Shown here in pieces: positions 48,433 through 58,993 of a stretch of DNA of 64,000 nt. Location: positions 864,001 through 928,000 of the forward strand of contig CAVTLK010000001.1 of assembly GCA_963735595.1 (NCBI GenBank), read 5' to 3'. The translations under genes and the position numbers were made by a program. The notes below the pieces were generated by a model. It saw only the letters and a list, made by a program, of their open reading frames with translations, searched no databases and was not told the DNA's origin. This stretch comes from an uncultured delta proteobacterium. GTDB taxonomy: Bacteria > Desulfobacterota > Zymogenia > Zymogenales > Zymogenaceae. Within the stretch, counting starts at the first letter, position 1; each line of letters opens with the position of its first letter.

Positions 48433-49545
48433 TCACCCCTTTTCCCTGACCATCTCCAGGAACGCGGTCCAGTTCTTCAAGGGCACGTCGGGGGGGACAA
48501 CATGGTCGATGGCCGGGATAAAGCCGCCCCGCACAAGCATCGGGGGGACGAAGGCGTCCACCATCCGCTGGACGTCGGATACTTCCTTGGCAAGCTCGCG
48601 CTTGTCCAGCCCGCCCCAGATGATCAGGCCGGGATGTGCTTCCCTCACCGCGCGGATATCCATGCCCGCCTGCACCTCGAAGGGCAGGAACATATTGACC
48701 CCCGCCTCCCAGAAGAGAGGGATAAGGATATCGAGGTTGCCGTCCGAATCCACCGCGAATACCCGAATGTCCGTATCGGCCTTGACCGAGTCGATCAGCC
48801 GCCGGTAATAGGGCGTCATGAACTCCCGGAAGGCCCCCGGCGAGATCATTGGGCCGTTCTTATAGGACATATCCTCCCAGAAGTATATATAGTCCACGGG
48901 GGAGCGCTGCCTGATCTTCTTGATAAGCGCCTCGTGCATGACCACCCAGTTCTCCGCGATCGCCTTCAAGAGCTCCGGGTCCCGCCTGAGCGCCACCGAC
49001 AGCCCCACCAGCCCCATCAGGTGGCGGTACGTCCCGAACAACCCGCAGAGGACAGCAGACGTGAAGGTATCGTCCCCGGGGGCAACGGCCATCCCGATCA
49101 TGATATCCAGCACGTCGGTAAAACGGCCGGGGCTCTCGGGGTCAAGCCGGCCCTTGATATCCAGAAAGTCGCGCATGGTCTTTACCGGGTGGTCAAGCTC
49201 CTGGGGAATGGTGGAGCGGCCGTCGGCCATTACCCGTATGGTCTTTCCCGCGGAGTCCGTCTTGATGATGTACTGCTCATCCCGGCTCAGGACCTTCTCC
49301 TCGAAATTGGGGTAGAACCCCGGGTTGTTGGAGCCGTCCGCCGCGATCGGCAGCCAGCTCATCGAGTCAAAGCCGAAATGGGGCGGGCCGGTGAAGACAT
49401 CGTCGACGACCGACTCCGGGAGGCCCTCGGTGTGCCAGCGGGTGAGCGTCTCGGAGAAGTAACCGATCGTCTCCCGACGGATCGGCCGGTCGGGCCGCTC
49501 GAAGCCGCAGGTCGCATGGAACCGCTCTCTGGTTTTCATAGGCAT
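48433..49545 (-). CDS. uroporphyrinogen decarboxylase-fold (MtaA/CmuA-like) protein
   Basis: WEDMSYKNGPMISP, DSDGN, PFEVQAGMD, GGLDK, GGFIP..DH.VPPDV. Confidence 0.85.
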   Translation of the reverse strand: MPMKTRERFHATCGFERPDRPIRRETIGYFSETLTRWHTEGLPESVVDDVFTGPPHFGFDSMSWLPIAADGSNNPGFYPNFEEKVLSRDEQYIIKTDSAGKTIRVMADGRSTIPQELDHPVKTMRDFLDIKGRLDPESPGRFTDVLDIMIGMAVAPGDDTFTSAVLCGLFGTYRHLMGLVGLSVALRRDPELLKAIAENWVVMHEALIKKIRQRSPVDYIYFWEDMSYKNGPMISPGAFREFMTPYYRRLIDSVKADTDIRVFAVDSDGNLDILIPLFWEAGVNMFLPFEVQAGMDIRAVREAHPGLIIWGGLDKRELAKEVSDVQRMVDAFVPPMLVRGGFIPAIDHVVPPDVPLKNWTAFLEMVREKG

Positions 49546-49726
49546 CTCCCCTGTCTTGGCCCTCTTCGTAAATATGACCTGACAGTACGGGCCCATTGTA
49601 TGCCACCCGGTCAATTTTTTCAAGACAAGAGTTGCCGGCGGTCCGTCCTACGGATACTCGTAGGAATCGCCCTTACGCCCCGTCGGGGCACGATTTTTAA
49701 CAATGTCGCCTTTGGCGACGATTATT

Positions 49727-49914
49727 ATCGTCATTGCGAGGAGGGCGTAGCCCGACGAAGCAATCTCGTGCCCGGCGATCGGGGGTAAGGAATTAACCAC
49801 GAAGGCACGAAGACACAAAGGGAGAGAAAGAAAAAGCAGCCTTTCTTTGTGCCTTTGTGCCTTTGTGGTAAAATAGTGCCGTTTAAGAAGACGGGGCGGT
49901 ATATATGCCGCCCC
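49727..49914. repeat. composite repeat: family A half, family C hairpin, family D palindrome
   Basis: A and C in same order as 42782-42923, then GGGGCGGTATATATGCCGCCCC 49893-49914. Confidence 0.85.
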
Positions 49915-49977
49915 TCTTGATGATTACCAGCAGGAGCACCGGGCCGGTCCGTTCTACCTCACCGGTCCGAAAAACGC

Positions 49978-50880
49978 CTACGCCGCGGCCTCCCCGTCGT
50001 AGGCCCGCTTCAGCGCGGCGATATCGAGCTTCGTCATTCCGAGCATCGCCTTCATGACGCGCGCGGTCTTGCCTGCATCCTTGTCGCGCATCAGCTCCAA
50101 AAGAACCGTGGGAACGACCTGCCACGATACGCCGTATTTATCCGTAAGCCATCCGCACTGTTCCGTCTGCCCGCCCGCCGAGAGCCGCTTCCAGAACTCG
50201 TCCACTTCTTCTTGCGTTCGGCAGTTGATGAGAAACGACACGGCCGGCGTGAACGTGTAGTCCGCCGGGATGTGGCTGTCAAACGCGACGATCTCATACC
50301 CGTCGAGCATGAACCGGGCGTGAGCCACCGCCCCCTCGGGGCCGTCCATGGTCTTGTCGTAGAGCGCCTTGAAGGCGATACCCGAATTCTTGAAAAGCGA
50401 CGCGTAGTAGTTCATCGCCTCTTCCGCCTTCCCCTGGTTCTTATCGACGAACATCAGGGCAGGGGCGATCTTCTGCTTTCGCTCCTCCAAGTAAAACTGC
50501 CACGAGACGCCGTACTTATCGACCAGCCACCCGTACTTCTCGCCGAAGGAATACGCGCCCAGCTCCATGACGGCCCTGCCGCCGTCCATGAGCCGTGCCC
50601 ACATGCGGTCTATCTCGGCTGCCGAGTTATTACTGACGAAAAACGAGACCGCCGGGGTGAATTTGAACTCCGGCCCGCCGTTGAGTGCAGCGAACTGTTG
50701 GCCCTCGAGTTCGAACTCCACCACCATGACCGACCCCTCCGGCTGCCCGGAGGCCCTGGCCGCCTCCTTGTCGAAGCGGGATATGTCCGTCAACCGGGAA
50801 TTCTTGAAAATCGAAACGTAAAACTTCACCACCTCTTCTGCCTGCGTGTCGAACCACAGGTACGGGACTATCTTGTTCAT
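49978..50880 (-). CDS. VOC/PhnB-like protein, tandem domains
   Basis: PYLWFD, ALNGGP, two FTPAVSF and two W(L).DKYGVSWQ. Confidence 0.9.
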   Translation of the reverse strand: MNKIVPYLWFDTQAEEVVKFYVSIFKNSRLTDISRFDKEAARASGQPEGSVMVVEFELEGQQFAALNGGPEFKFTPAVSFFVSNNSAAEIDRMWARLMDGGRAVMELGAYSFGEKYGWLVDKYGVSWQFYLEERKQKIAPALMFVDKNQGKAEEAMNYYASLFKNSGIAFKALYDKTMDGPEGAVAHARFMLDGYEIVAFDSHIPADYTFTPAVSFLINCRTQEEVDEFWKRLSAGGQTEQCGWLTDKYGVSWQVVPTVLLELMRDKDAGKTARVMKAMLGMTKLDIAALKRAYDGEAAA

Positions 50881-51176
50881 ATCCACCTCCATGGCTGACG
50901 ATCGTTGCTCCACGTGAGTCGTCGTACACTAAGGTCCGGCGGCCATGGCGGCCGATTACCGCCGGCGCCGCCGACCGCGGCTTTTAAAATACTTGAATAT
51001 CGCCCGTACCCGGATACGCTGCTATTTCGCCGGGCGAGCGGCGTCCACCTATCACTACTAATATGATAGCATATATAGACCCGTTTGTCGAGGGGCGTTG
51101 ACAGGAGACCCGGCCGGGACGCATGTCGATTGCTGCCCCATGATTGCAGGCTTTTCCGGGAGCACCAATAATAAAA

Positions 51177-51204
51177 GCAGGGGCGGCATATATGCCGCCC
51201 CTGC
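51177..51204. repeat. family D perfect 28-bp palindrome
   Basis: GCAGGGGCGGCATATATGCCGCCCCTGC. Confidence 0.8.
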
Positions 51205-51257
51205 ACGTTTAAACAAGATGCGCCTTTACGAAGCGTAGGGAAACGGGGCCGTCCGTG

Positions 51258-53993
51258 TCACCCGGCGCCGTCGAGTATCGTACGGATCTTTTCCGAAAAC
51301 TCCTTGAGGGTGGCCGGCTTCTGGACGAACCCCTCCACACGGCTCATGTCCAGTTCGCCCGCCTTTCCGTTGAGCGCGTACCCGGAGGTGATCAGCACCC
51401 TCACGGCCGGCGCGACCTCCCTGATCGCCGCCAGCGTTTCCTTCCCCCCCATCTTCGGCATGATCACATCCAGGATTACCAGGTCGATTGTATCCCGATG
51501 TTCCTTGAAAAGAGCTACCCCCTGCTCGCCGTTCTCCGCTAAAAGCACGCGGTAACCTTTTCGTAGCAGGTATTCCATCCATACGGTCCTCACCACCGGT
51601 TCATCGTCGATAATGAGTATGGTTTCATGCCCTCCCTTATGGTCTTTCCCGCCCGCTTCCCGCTCCTCCTTAACCGCCCCCCTGCTTACCGGGAAATAGA
51701 GGTTAAACGTCGTCCCATGCCCGGGTTCGCTGTAGACGGTGATGAACCCACCGTGCTTTTTCATCGTTCCGTATACCGTAGAAAGCCCCATCCCCGTACC
51801 GCCCGCCTCCAACTTTGTCGTGAAGAAGGGCTCAAACAGGTGATCCTTCACATCCTGCGTCATCCCGGTTCCCGTATCGCTCACCCCTAACACCAGGTGT
51901 TCGCCCTCCCGGCTGCCGATGTGCGTCCGCACGAAACCGCCGTCCAGGTATTTTCGATACGTTTCTATAGCCAAGGTCCCTCCATCGGGCATGGCGTCCC
52001 GGGCGTTGATGCAGAGGTTCAGCAGGCACTGCTGCATATACGCCGCGTCCACCTCAAAGCTCGGCAGACCGTCGGCAAGGACGGTCTTGATCTCGATAGA
52101 CTTGTCAAAGGCCCCCCCTATCAGCGGGAGGATGTTTTCGACGATTGCATTGAGGTTGCCGCCTACCAGGCGGTACTCGCCGGCGCGGGTTACGTTGAGC
52201 AGTTCACGAGTCAATTGCGAAGCTTTAAGCGTCCCCTCAAAAATGGTCTTCAGGGCCTTATATTCAGGATGGTCCTCACTCTTGTCGTGCAGGAGGAATT
52301 CGGAGTACCCCATAATGCCTACGAGGATATTGTTAAAATTGTGGGCGATCCCTCCTGCCATGGCCCCGATCGCGTCCATCTTCTGTGTTTGCAGGAACTG
52401 CTCCTCAAGCTTCTTGCGTTCCGTGACTTCCCGTGCAAAAACCATTATGCCCGGCTTACCATCCCATACAATGGAAACAGCGATGGCTTCGTACCACCCG
52501 ATATCACCGGACTTCTTGACATACCGGTATTCGGAAGAATAGGTTACGGAATCCCCTCCGAGCTTTCGGCGGAATTCCCGGGCAGCCGGTTCGTTGTCTT
52601 CGGGAAGCGTGATATCCTGCAGAACCTTACCCCTCAGCTCCTCGATCGGATAGCCGGTTATCTGCTCCGTCATCGGGTTGGCGTATACGACGGCGCCGTC
52701 CACGAAGACAACGATGGCCTCCTGGGCGTTTTCGACGACCTGCCGATATCTCACCTCCGACTCTCTCAGCGCCTCCTCGGCAAGCCTTCGGTCGGTTACG
52801 TCGTGGACGATTGAGTGAAGGAGAGCCTTACCCCGCGCCTCGATCCTGCTGCTGAATACCTCTACGTCCCGGACGGAACCGTCGGCCCTTTTGTGGCGAA
52901 ATTCGAAATGAACGGCCTCTTTTGATTTGACCTTTTCTATTGCCTCGCCCACCTCATGGGGCGGCAGCGTGTTGACGTCGTGGATCTTCATCTTTTTGAG
53001 CCGTTCGATCGGCCAACCGTAGAAACGAACCGCCGCTTCATTGGCATCCACAATACGCCCGGTATCGGGATCGACGATTAGCTTAACGGCGGAGTGGCGA
53101 TGGAACAGATTTCTGAAAAGCTCTTCGCTTCGCTGCAGTTCCTCCTCGGCCTTCTTATGTTCGGTGACGTCCCGAAGCGCTCCCAGGAATCCGGCAAAGT
53201 CGCCGTCCTTGTAGAGTATGTTTGCCGATATGACGGCGGACCTCTTTGTTCCATCCTTCCTGATGAGGGTAAAGCCAAGATCCCTGATGGGTTCGCCCGA
53301 TTGACGCAGCTGCCGATAAAAGGCAGTGATCCTTTTGGCGTCCTCGTCGTTCATCCCTTTCCGGAAGTTTGTACCGATAGCCTCTTCCCTCGGGTATCCC
53401 GTGAGCTTCACGAAGACGTCGTTTACCTCGGCGAAGCACCCCTTCCGGTCGAGGGTGAAAAGCGCCTCGATCGAATCATTAAAGAGGCTCCGGTACTGAT
53501 CGGCGGTGCGCGTGAGTTCCTGGTTTGCTTCTATGAGCTCGTTCGTCCGTTCTTCCACCTGCAGCTTCAGGGTTTCCTGCGTCCTCCGGAGCGACTCCTC
53601 GAGGTGTTTGTGGTGCATCGCGTATCGTATGGAGCGGGTAAGGATTGCCGAGTCGAAATGGCCCTTCAGGAGGTAGTCATGTGCCCCCTTGTCCAGCGCT
53701 TCCATGGCGGCGGCCTCGTCGTCGATGCCGGATATGACGATCAATGGCAGAGAGCTGTTAATACCTACTATCTCTTCAAGGGTGTTGGTTCTCTGGCTGT
53801 CGGGAAGATTCAAGTCCAGGAGGATCAGGTCGTAGTTACCGGTATCGAGTAGCTCCTTGCCTTGGGCAAGCGTAGAAGCGATATCCAGGGTATAGCGCGC
53901 CGTTTCCTGCTGTGAGAGCATATCCGCAATGAGACGTTGATCCAGCGGGTTGTCTTCGATATGGATAACCCTAACAGTTCTTTTTCGTGCCAT
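51258..53993 (-). CDS. hybrid sensor kinase REC-PASx3-HisKA-HATPase-REC
   Basis: LLDLNLPD; three PAS; AHNFNN, NARDAM, DTGTG, FFTTK, GMGL; LDVIMP. Confidence 0.95.
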   Translation of the reverse strand: MARKRTVRVIHIEDNPLDQRLIADMLSQQETARYTLDIASTLAQGKELLDTGNYDLILLDLNLPDSQRTNTLEEIVGINSSLPLIVISGIDDEAAAMEALDKGAHDYLLKGHFDSAILTRSIRYAMHHKHLEESLRRTQETLKLQVEERTNELIEANQELTRTADQYRSLFNDSIEALFTLDRKGCFAEVNDVFVKLTGYPREEAIGTNFRKGMNDEDAKRITAFYRQLRQSGEPIRDLGFTLIRKDGTKRSAVISANILYKDGDFAGFLGALRDVTEHKKAEEELQRSEELFRNLFHRHSAVKLIVDPDTGRIVDANEAAVRFYGWPIERLKKMKIHDVNTLPPHEVGEAIEKVKSKEAVHFEFRHKRADGSVRDVEVFSSRIEARGKALLHSIVHDVTDRRLAEEALRESEVRYRQVVENAQEAIVVFVDGAVVYANPMTEQITGYPIEELRGKVLQDITLPEDNEPAAREFRRKLGGDSVTYSSEYRYVKKSGDIGWYEAIAVSIVWDGKPGIMVFAREVTERKKLEEQFLQTQKMDAIGAMAGGIAHNFNNILVGIMGYSEFLLHDKSEDHPEYKALKTIFEGTLKASQLTRELLNVTRAGEYRLVGGNLNAIVENILPLIGGAFDKSIEIKTVLADGLPSFEVDAAYMQQCLLNLCINARDAMPDGGTLAIETYRKYLDGGFVRTHIGSREGEHLVLGVSDTGTGMTQDVKDHLFEPFFTTKLEAGGTGMGLSTVYGTMKKHGGFITVYSEPGHGTTFNLYFPVSRGAVKEEREAGGKDHKGGHETILIIDDEPVVRTVWMEYLLRKGYRVLLAENGEQGVALFKEHRDTIDLVILDVIMPKMGGKETLAAIREVAPAVRVLITSGYALNGKAGELDMSRVEGFVQKPATLKEFSEKIRTILDGAG

Positions 53994-54370
53994 TAAACTG
54001 CCCTGCTCGTATTAAAAAAATATCGTTATCGTTTATCACCAGGAAACGTGACCGTAAAATCCTTTTCCCTTTCATTTTATGGATTTAATTATATTCAATA
54101 TTATAACATTTATCAAATAGTAAGTTTTATTTAACTATTGAACATGCTATTTTTCTAACGTCGTAATTTGGATCAGGGATTGCCGCGCCGTCGGCTGGGT
54201 ATTCGAAATGACGGATTGTTGTTCTCCGGTGACGGCCGGGGATAACCATCATTCCACGGGCGACCGGGCGTATCCGCACCGTCCCGCGGTTGCCCGCGGT
54301 GCGTGGGCGTGCTATAATTATATATAGATATTCTACCCGATTAACCCGGGAGAAAAAAAGGAGGCATATC

Positions 54371-54757
54371 ATGAACGACTCTCAGATCTTTCAACTCATC
54401 GGCCTGGCCTATACCGCGATGGGACTGGGGGGCGTGATCAATAAGGACTCGTACAAACACCTCGCCGAGGGGTTTGCCGGCTCCCCCGCCCTCCTCTTTG
54501 TGACCGGCCTGCTCACGCTCGTGACCGGCTTTGTGATCGTCAGCTTTCACAACGTGTGGGCTATGGGCTGGACGGTCCTCATCACGATCATCGGCTGGAT
54601 CGCCCTGATCAAGGGAATTATGATCTTCGTGTTCCCCGGATTCTATATGTATATCAGCAAGAAGATGGAAGTGAACCTACGGTTCATGCGGGTATACGCC
54701 GGTATTGTGCTCACCATGGGCATCTTCTTCCTGCTGTTGGGATTCGGGGTGCTGTAG
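54371..54757 (+). CDS. four-TM membrane protein
   Basis: HNVW...W.VLITIIGW.ALIKG; AGGAGG upstream. Confidence 0.8.
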   Translation: MNDSQIFQLIGLAYTAMGLGGVINKDSYKHLAEGFAGSPALLFVTGLLTLVTGFVIVSFHNVWAMGWTVLITIIGWIALIKGIMIFVFPGFYMYISKKMEVNLRFMRVYAGIVLTMGIFFLLLGFGVL

Positions 54758-54791
54758 GGTTTACGGTCGCCGTCCCGAACGCGCTTAAACC

Positions 54792-55051
54792 CGTAGGAGC
54801 CGCAATGCGTAACAATGCCGCTCCAGCGGCGATTATTATTGTCATTGCGAGCTGCCATCCACCACTTCGTCGTCATTGCGAGGCCCCCTTAGGGGCCGCG
54901 GCAACCCCCTCACTGTCATCGTAGACCCATCCCGTCGTTGCGAGGAACCGAAGGTGACGAAGCAATCTCCTCGCCGTCGGAGACATTAACGACTTAATCG
55001 CCTTTGGCAACGAGGAGATTGCCACGGTCGCTGACGCTCCCTCGCAATGAC
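54792..55051. repeat. stack of family A palindromes plus GTAG hairpin
   Basis: GTCATTGCGAG at 54841 and 54872; full element about 54933-55051. Confidence 0.8.
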
Positions 55052-55285
55052 GAGTGACGTATGAGCCGGATTTGATCGGTTCCTTTCTGTAAATTAGCGT
55101 CAAGTGGAGATTTGAACCGTTTACTCTCATAATTATCGCACTTCCGCTACGTGGATAAGAGTTTAGCGGAGATTTGACCTTTTTTTTATAGTTAAATTTA
55201 GTATTGACACATTCACCTAAGAGTACTATACAAAAGTGTAGGTAAAATTTCACTTTTAGCTCAAATATCTTAACAGAGTATAGTC

Positions 55286-55798
55286 GTGGAGCGTTCATTA
55301 ATACTCGGTGTAATTTCATTAGTCTCTGGATTTATTTCAATTGCGATATCGTATGTCGCGTGGCGTTTAGCTAAAAAGACAGATACTTTAGGTAGAAAAA
55401 CAGATGATTTAGCTCGAGAGACAGATAAGGTTATCCGTGCGATTGCGAACTTGAAATATGATGAAAAACTAGCGGTTATGGCCATACATCTAGCAGACGC
55501 GTTACGAATTCCGGAAACGGATCTAACGGATGGGGATAAAAAACAATTGATACTATTAATCGAAAGCGTCGAATATGATCTTAGCGCAGTTACTAGCCTA
55601 ATAAGCTATGGTTCGTCTTTAAAAAAGACGAAATTGATAAGCGAGTTTATTAAACCAATTGTCGATAAGTTCCTCTCAATTAACTTAGAGTTTGGTGCGG
55701 CTAACGCGGTAGGACGAATCATTGAAATGGCACTCAGTTATAAAATAGATGCTGACGAGTTTAAAGATTTTCAACGAAGGCTTAGACGAGTCGAGTAG
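55286..55798 (+). CDS. hypothetical protein with N-terminal TM helix
   Basis: LILGVISLVSGFISIAISYVAW then helical region; GTG start uncertain. Confidence 0.7.
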   Translation: MERSLILGVISLVSGFISIAISYVAWRLAKKTDTLGRKTDDLARETDKVIRAIANLKYDEKLAVMAIHLADALRIPETDLTDGDKKQLILLIESVEYDLSAVTSLISYGSSLKKTKLISEFIKPIVDKFLSINLEFGAANAVGRIIEMALSYKIDADEFKDFQRRLRRVE

Positions 55799-55998
55799 CT
55801 CTTAACAGAGAAGGAACGGGAATTTAATCTCTTTTTGGTCTACTATCTACAACAATTCTAAATAGACAGTACGTTAAGGCAATAACCTTACTATCTCGGT
55901 TAGGAATATTTGCAGATTGTGGAAGTCGGCAAGAGTATAAGAGCGAATAATACAAGCCTTAAAAGAATGAATCTGACTACGTTGTTTTGGTACTAACA

Positions 55999-58673
55999 AT
56001 GGATATATTTGACGAAATATATGGATGGATCAGTGCGCAGCCTAATTGGCTACGGGAACGCGGCTCGCCGTCTTGCTTCCAAAGAGAGCCTTTCCGATGC
56101 CGATTATCAAGAGATACTTTTAATGCTTGAGTCAGACAATGATGTGCCGATTGAACCAGATAAGGTAGTACCGACTCCAGTACCAATCAAAAGAGATGAT
56201 TTTGTCATCCCGAAGTCGGGAGGTCCTAAAGTTGTACTAGATAGGCTTTACAATGTGAGAAATGTGAATGCTCTAGTTCCGGATCAGACTATCCATTTTG
56301 CGTTGGAAGGTATAACTATTATTTACGGAGAACACGCGATCCGGGAAATCTGGATACTCCCGGGTACTAAAGAGAGCTTGTCAGTCAAAGGATGGGTCAC
56401 GAAAAGATACTTCCTGATGTCTATAAAAAAGATGAGAAAAAGGAACGTGCGACGGCAGCTTTTGATTTTGAGGTAGACGGTGAAAAAAGAACCGAGGAAT
56501 TGATAGATGAGGTGCGCTATCCCGAGAGTCTTAAGGAGATTGCCGTTTTTGACTCGAAGTGTGCACGTCTGTTTGTCGATAAAAATAATAGGATAAGTTA
56601 TATACCATATGGATTAGACATATTTCAGCGTCTGGCAAACGTTTGCGATGAAGTGAAGAAACGCATTGAAGGGAAAAAGGGAGTCTGTCGAGGAAATACC
56701 GGACGCGTTTTCTACTACTTACCGAGAAACTAGAGTGGGACACTTTATTTCAAGCCTCGATTGGAGGACGGAGACTAAAGATATCATAGAACTAGCATTG
56801 CTTAATCAGACAGAATTAACAAGGTTAAGTAAACTATTAGAGGTCAAAAGGTCTGAGAATCCGAGTATTGTATCGGATAACCTGGGTCGATTGGGAAGCA
56901 GAATCGAACGATTGATGGCATTGATTGATCTGGCGGACAATACGCTGTCTGAAGAATCGACCGCTTTATTAAAAGAAAAACAGACTAAGGCGCAAGTTGC
57001 TAGGAGCGTTGTAGAAACAGCTTCAAAAGAAGTTCTTAAAAGAGAAATCTTTGCCAGGCGTTGGGACTGACCCTTGGAAACAGATGTTTTATGCAGCCCA
57101 GAGGTTTTCTCAACATGTGGCGTACCCGGGGAAAGAGTTCCCTTTTACAGAGGGTGATAGCCGTTGCGTTCTATGCCAACAGACCTTAGATGTTGATGCT
57201 AAGGTTCGTTTAGAAAGGTTCTGGGATTTTATTATTAGTGACGTTCAAAAGCAATCTGAGGAAAGCACGGCTGAGTTCGAGGCCAAGCGCAATACACTGA
57301 ATAATGTACCTTTAAGACCGGAATCTGGCGATCCAGAGATCCTCGATGAAATAGGGATCATAGATCCGGGACTTAAAAAGCTAACTCTCACCTATATCCA
57401 AAGCATAGAACCTAGGGTTAAGGGAATCAAGAAAGCCTGCGATACAGGTGAATGGATCAACTTGCCGACCCTGCCAGAATCCCCTACCGTTGCGCTGAAA
57501 TCCGCTTCGGAAGTACTTAAAGAACAGATTAAAGAACTCTTGACGTTCATTAATCAAAGAATTGCAGTTGAAGCAGAGTTACTCGATTTGGAGGCGAGGC
57601 AGTATTTATCTAAAGAGAAAACTACTGTATTAAGAATACTAAAGCAAATGAAAATTAAACATTATTGTGAGGAATGTACGAAGTGCCTAAATACTAGAAG
57701 TTTAACAGATACCCAGAACCACCTAATGGCAAAGGCAGTTACCAGTAAATTAAGGGAAAAATTATCAAAAGAGCTTAAGAAGCTCAACGTGGACTATTTA
57801 GGACTAGATGTAGCAAATAAAGGCGAAAAGGGAAGCACATTAATTGGACTACAAATGTCGGAGGGCAATCCGAAGAGCGTATATCTCTCTGATATACTTA
57901 GCGAAGGAGAGCAGAGAGCGGTAGCTATAGCTTCTTTTTTAGCTGAGATCGAGGCGACCGGTTTCCAGAGTGGAATTGTCTTTGATGACCCAGTTTCATC
58001 GCTTGATCACAGGTTTAGAGAACGCGTTGCAAAAAGGCTTGTGGAGGAGGCAAAAAAGAGGCAAGTAATAGTGTTTACTCACGACATAGTTTTTTTGCTT
58101 GAGATTGTGGAGTGCGCGAATAGGGAGAGGGTGCCAATAATGCCCAGACGATCGAGCGTAGTATTGTTACTATAGGCAGATGTATCGACGATATACTTGG
58201 AAAGTAAGAAAACAACGGCTAGGATAACGGATTTGCACTCCCTACTAAGAAACGCACGCGACGCTTCAAATTTGGGCCTTTCTGAGCGGTATTCGGAAAT
58301 TGTTAAAACCTTTTACGATAGACTGAGGACGACGTGGGAAAGGCTTGTCGAAGAAAATCTGTTTCGCAAGACGATTCTGAGATTTAGAGACAGCGTTGAT
58401 ATAAAAAATCTTGACGGAGTTGAAGTGAACGACGACGACTTTAGAACAATTTACTGGGGATGGGATAATAGCTCAAAAAAGATAGCTAGCCATGATAAGG
58501 CGGCGGGGGCCAAACCAGACTTGCCTCCGATCAGCGATCTGGAGAATGATCTTCAGGACATCGAGAAATATTTCGATGATCTAAAGAAAAAAATAAACGA
58601 AGTGGAACGAAGGGAAAAATGCGTAAGCCCGATAATCGCGGAACACAAAAAAGGTAGGGGGCCAAGTCTTTAA
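55999..58673 (+). CDS. RloC-like / AAA_13 zinc-hook ABC ATPase, several frameshifts (errors or pseudogene)
   Basis: MDIFDEIYGW start; split Walker A IYGE..SGKSGY near 56320-56357; VFDS; CVLCQQ; LSEGEQR; FDDPVSSLD; VFTHD; C-terminal SHD. Confidence 0.75.
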
Positions 58674-58792
58674 CAGCCGGCCTTTCCCTCGCCTCCACTC
58701 TATACCCCAAGCTAAGTTTACCAAGTTTCATATTTTACAAACATAGTCAAACCTATATAAATCGGACGCGACTTCCACCCCTCAATGACGAG

Positions 58793-58827
58793 TTTGCTTC
58801 GTCGGGCAAAGCCCTCCTCGCAATGAC
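58793..58827. repeat. family A half element
   Basis: TTGCTTCGTCGGGCAAAGCCCTCCTCGCAATGAC. Confidence 0.8.
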
Positions 58828-58993
58828 GGTGAAGTGCCATCGCCCCCCCCTCTCCCCCTCCCTACGAAAAATCACCCCCCCTCTTCTCATTACGCTTGCA
58901 TTTTTCCGCGGCAAGCGTCTATTATCGTCCTACCTACCGTTTTGCACAGTAAACCGACCCAATTGTTCAGCTGAATTATTCATTGAAAGGGAT

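Larger units (their letters stand above)
55056..58782. mobile_element. AT-rich island 2 bounded by 11-bp direct repeats
   Basis: composition shift; CAATGACGAGT at 55045-55055 and 58783-58793. Confidence 0.7.

Noticed and set aside
55799..55880. Integron attC site after the TM gene (CTTAAC...GTTAAG)
   Set aside because: Inner boxes are not complementary, it is a single instance, and no integron integrase is present
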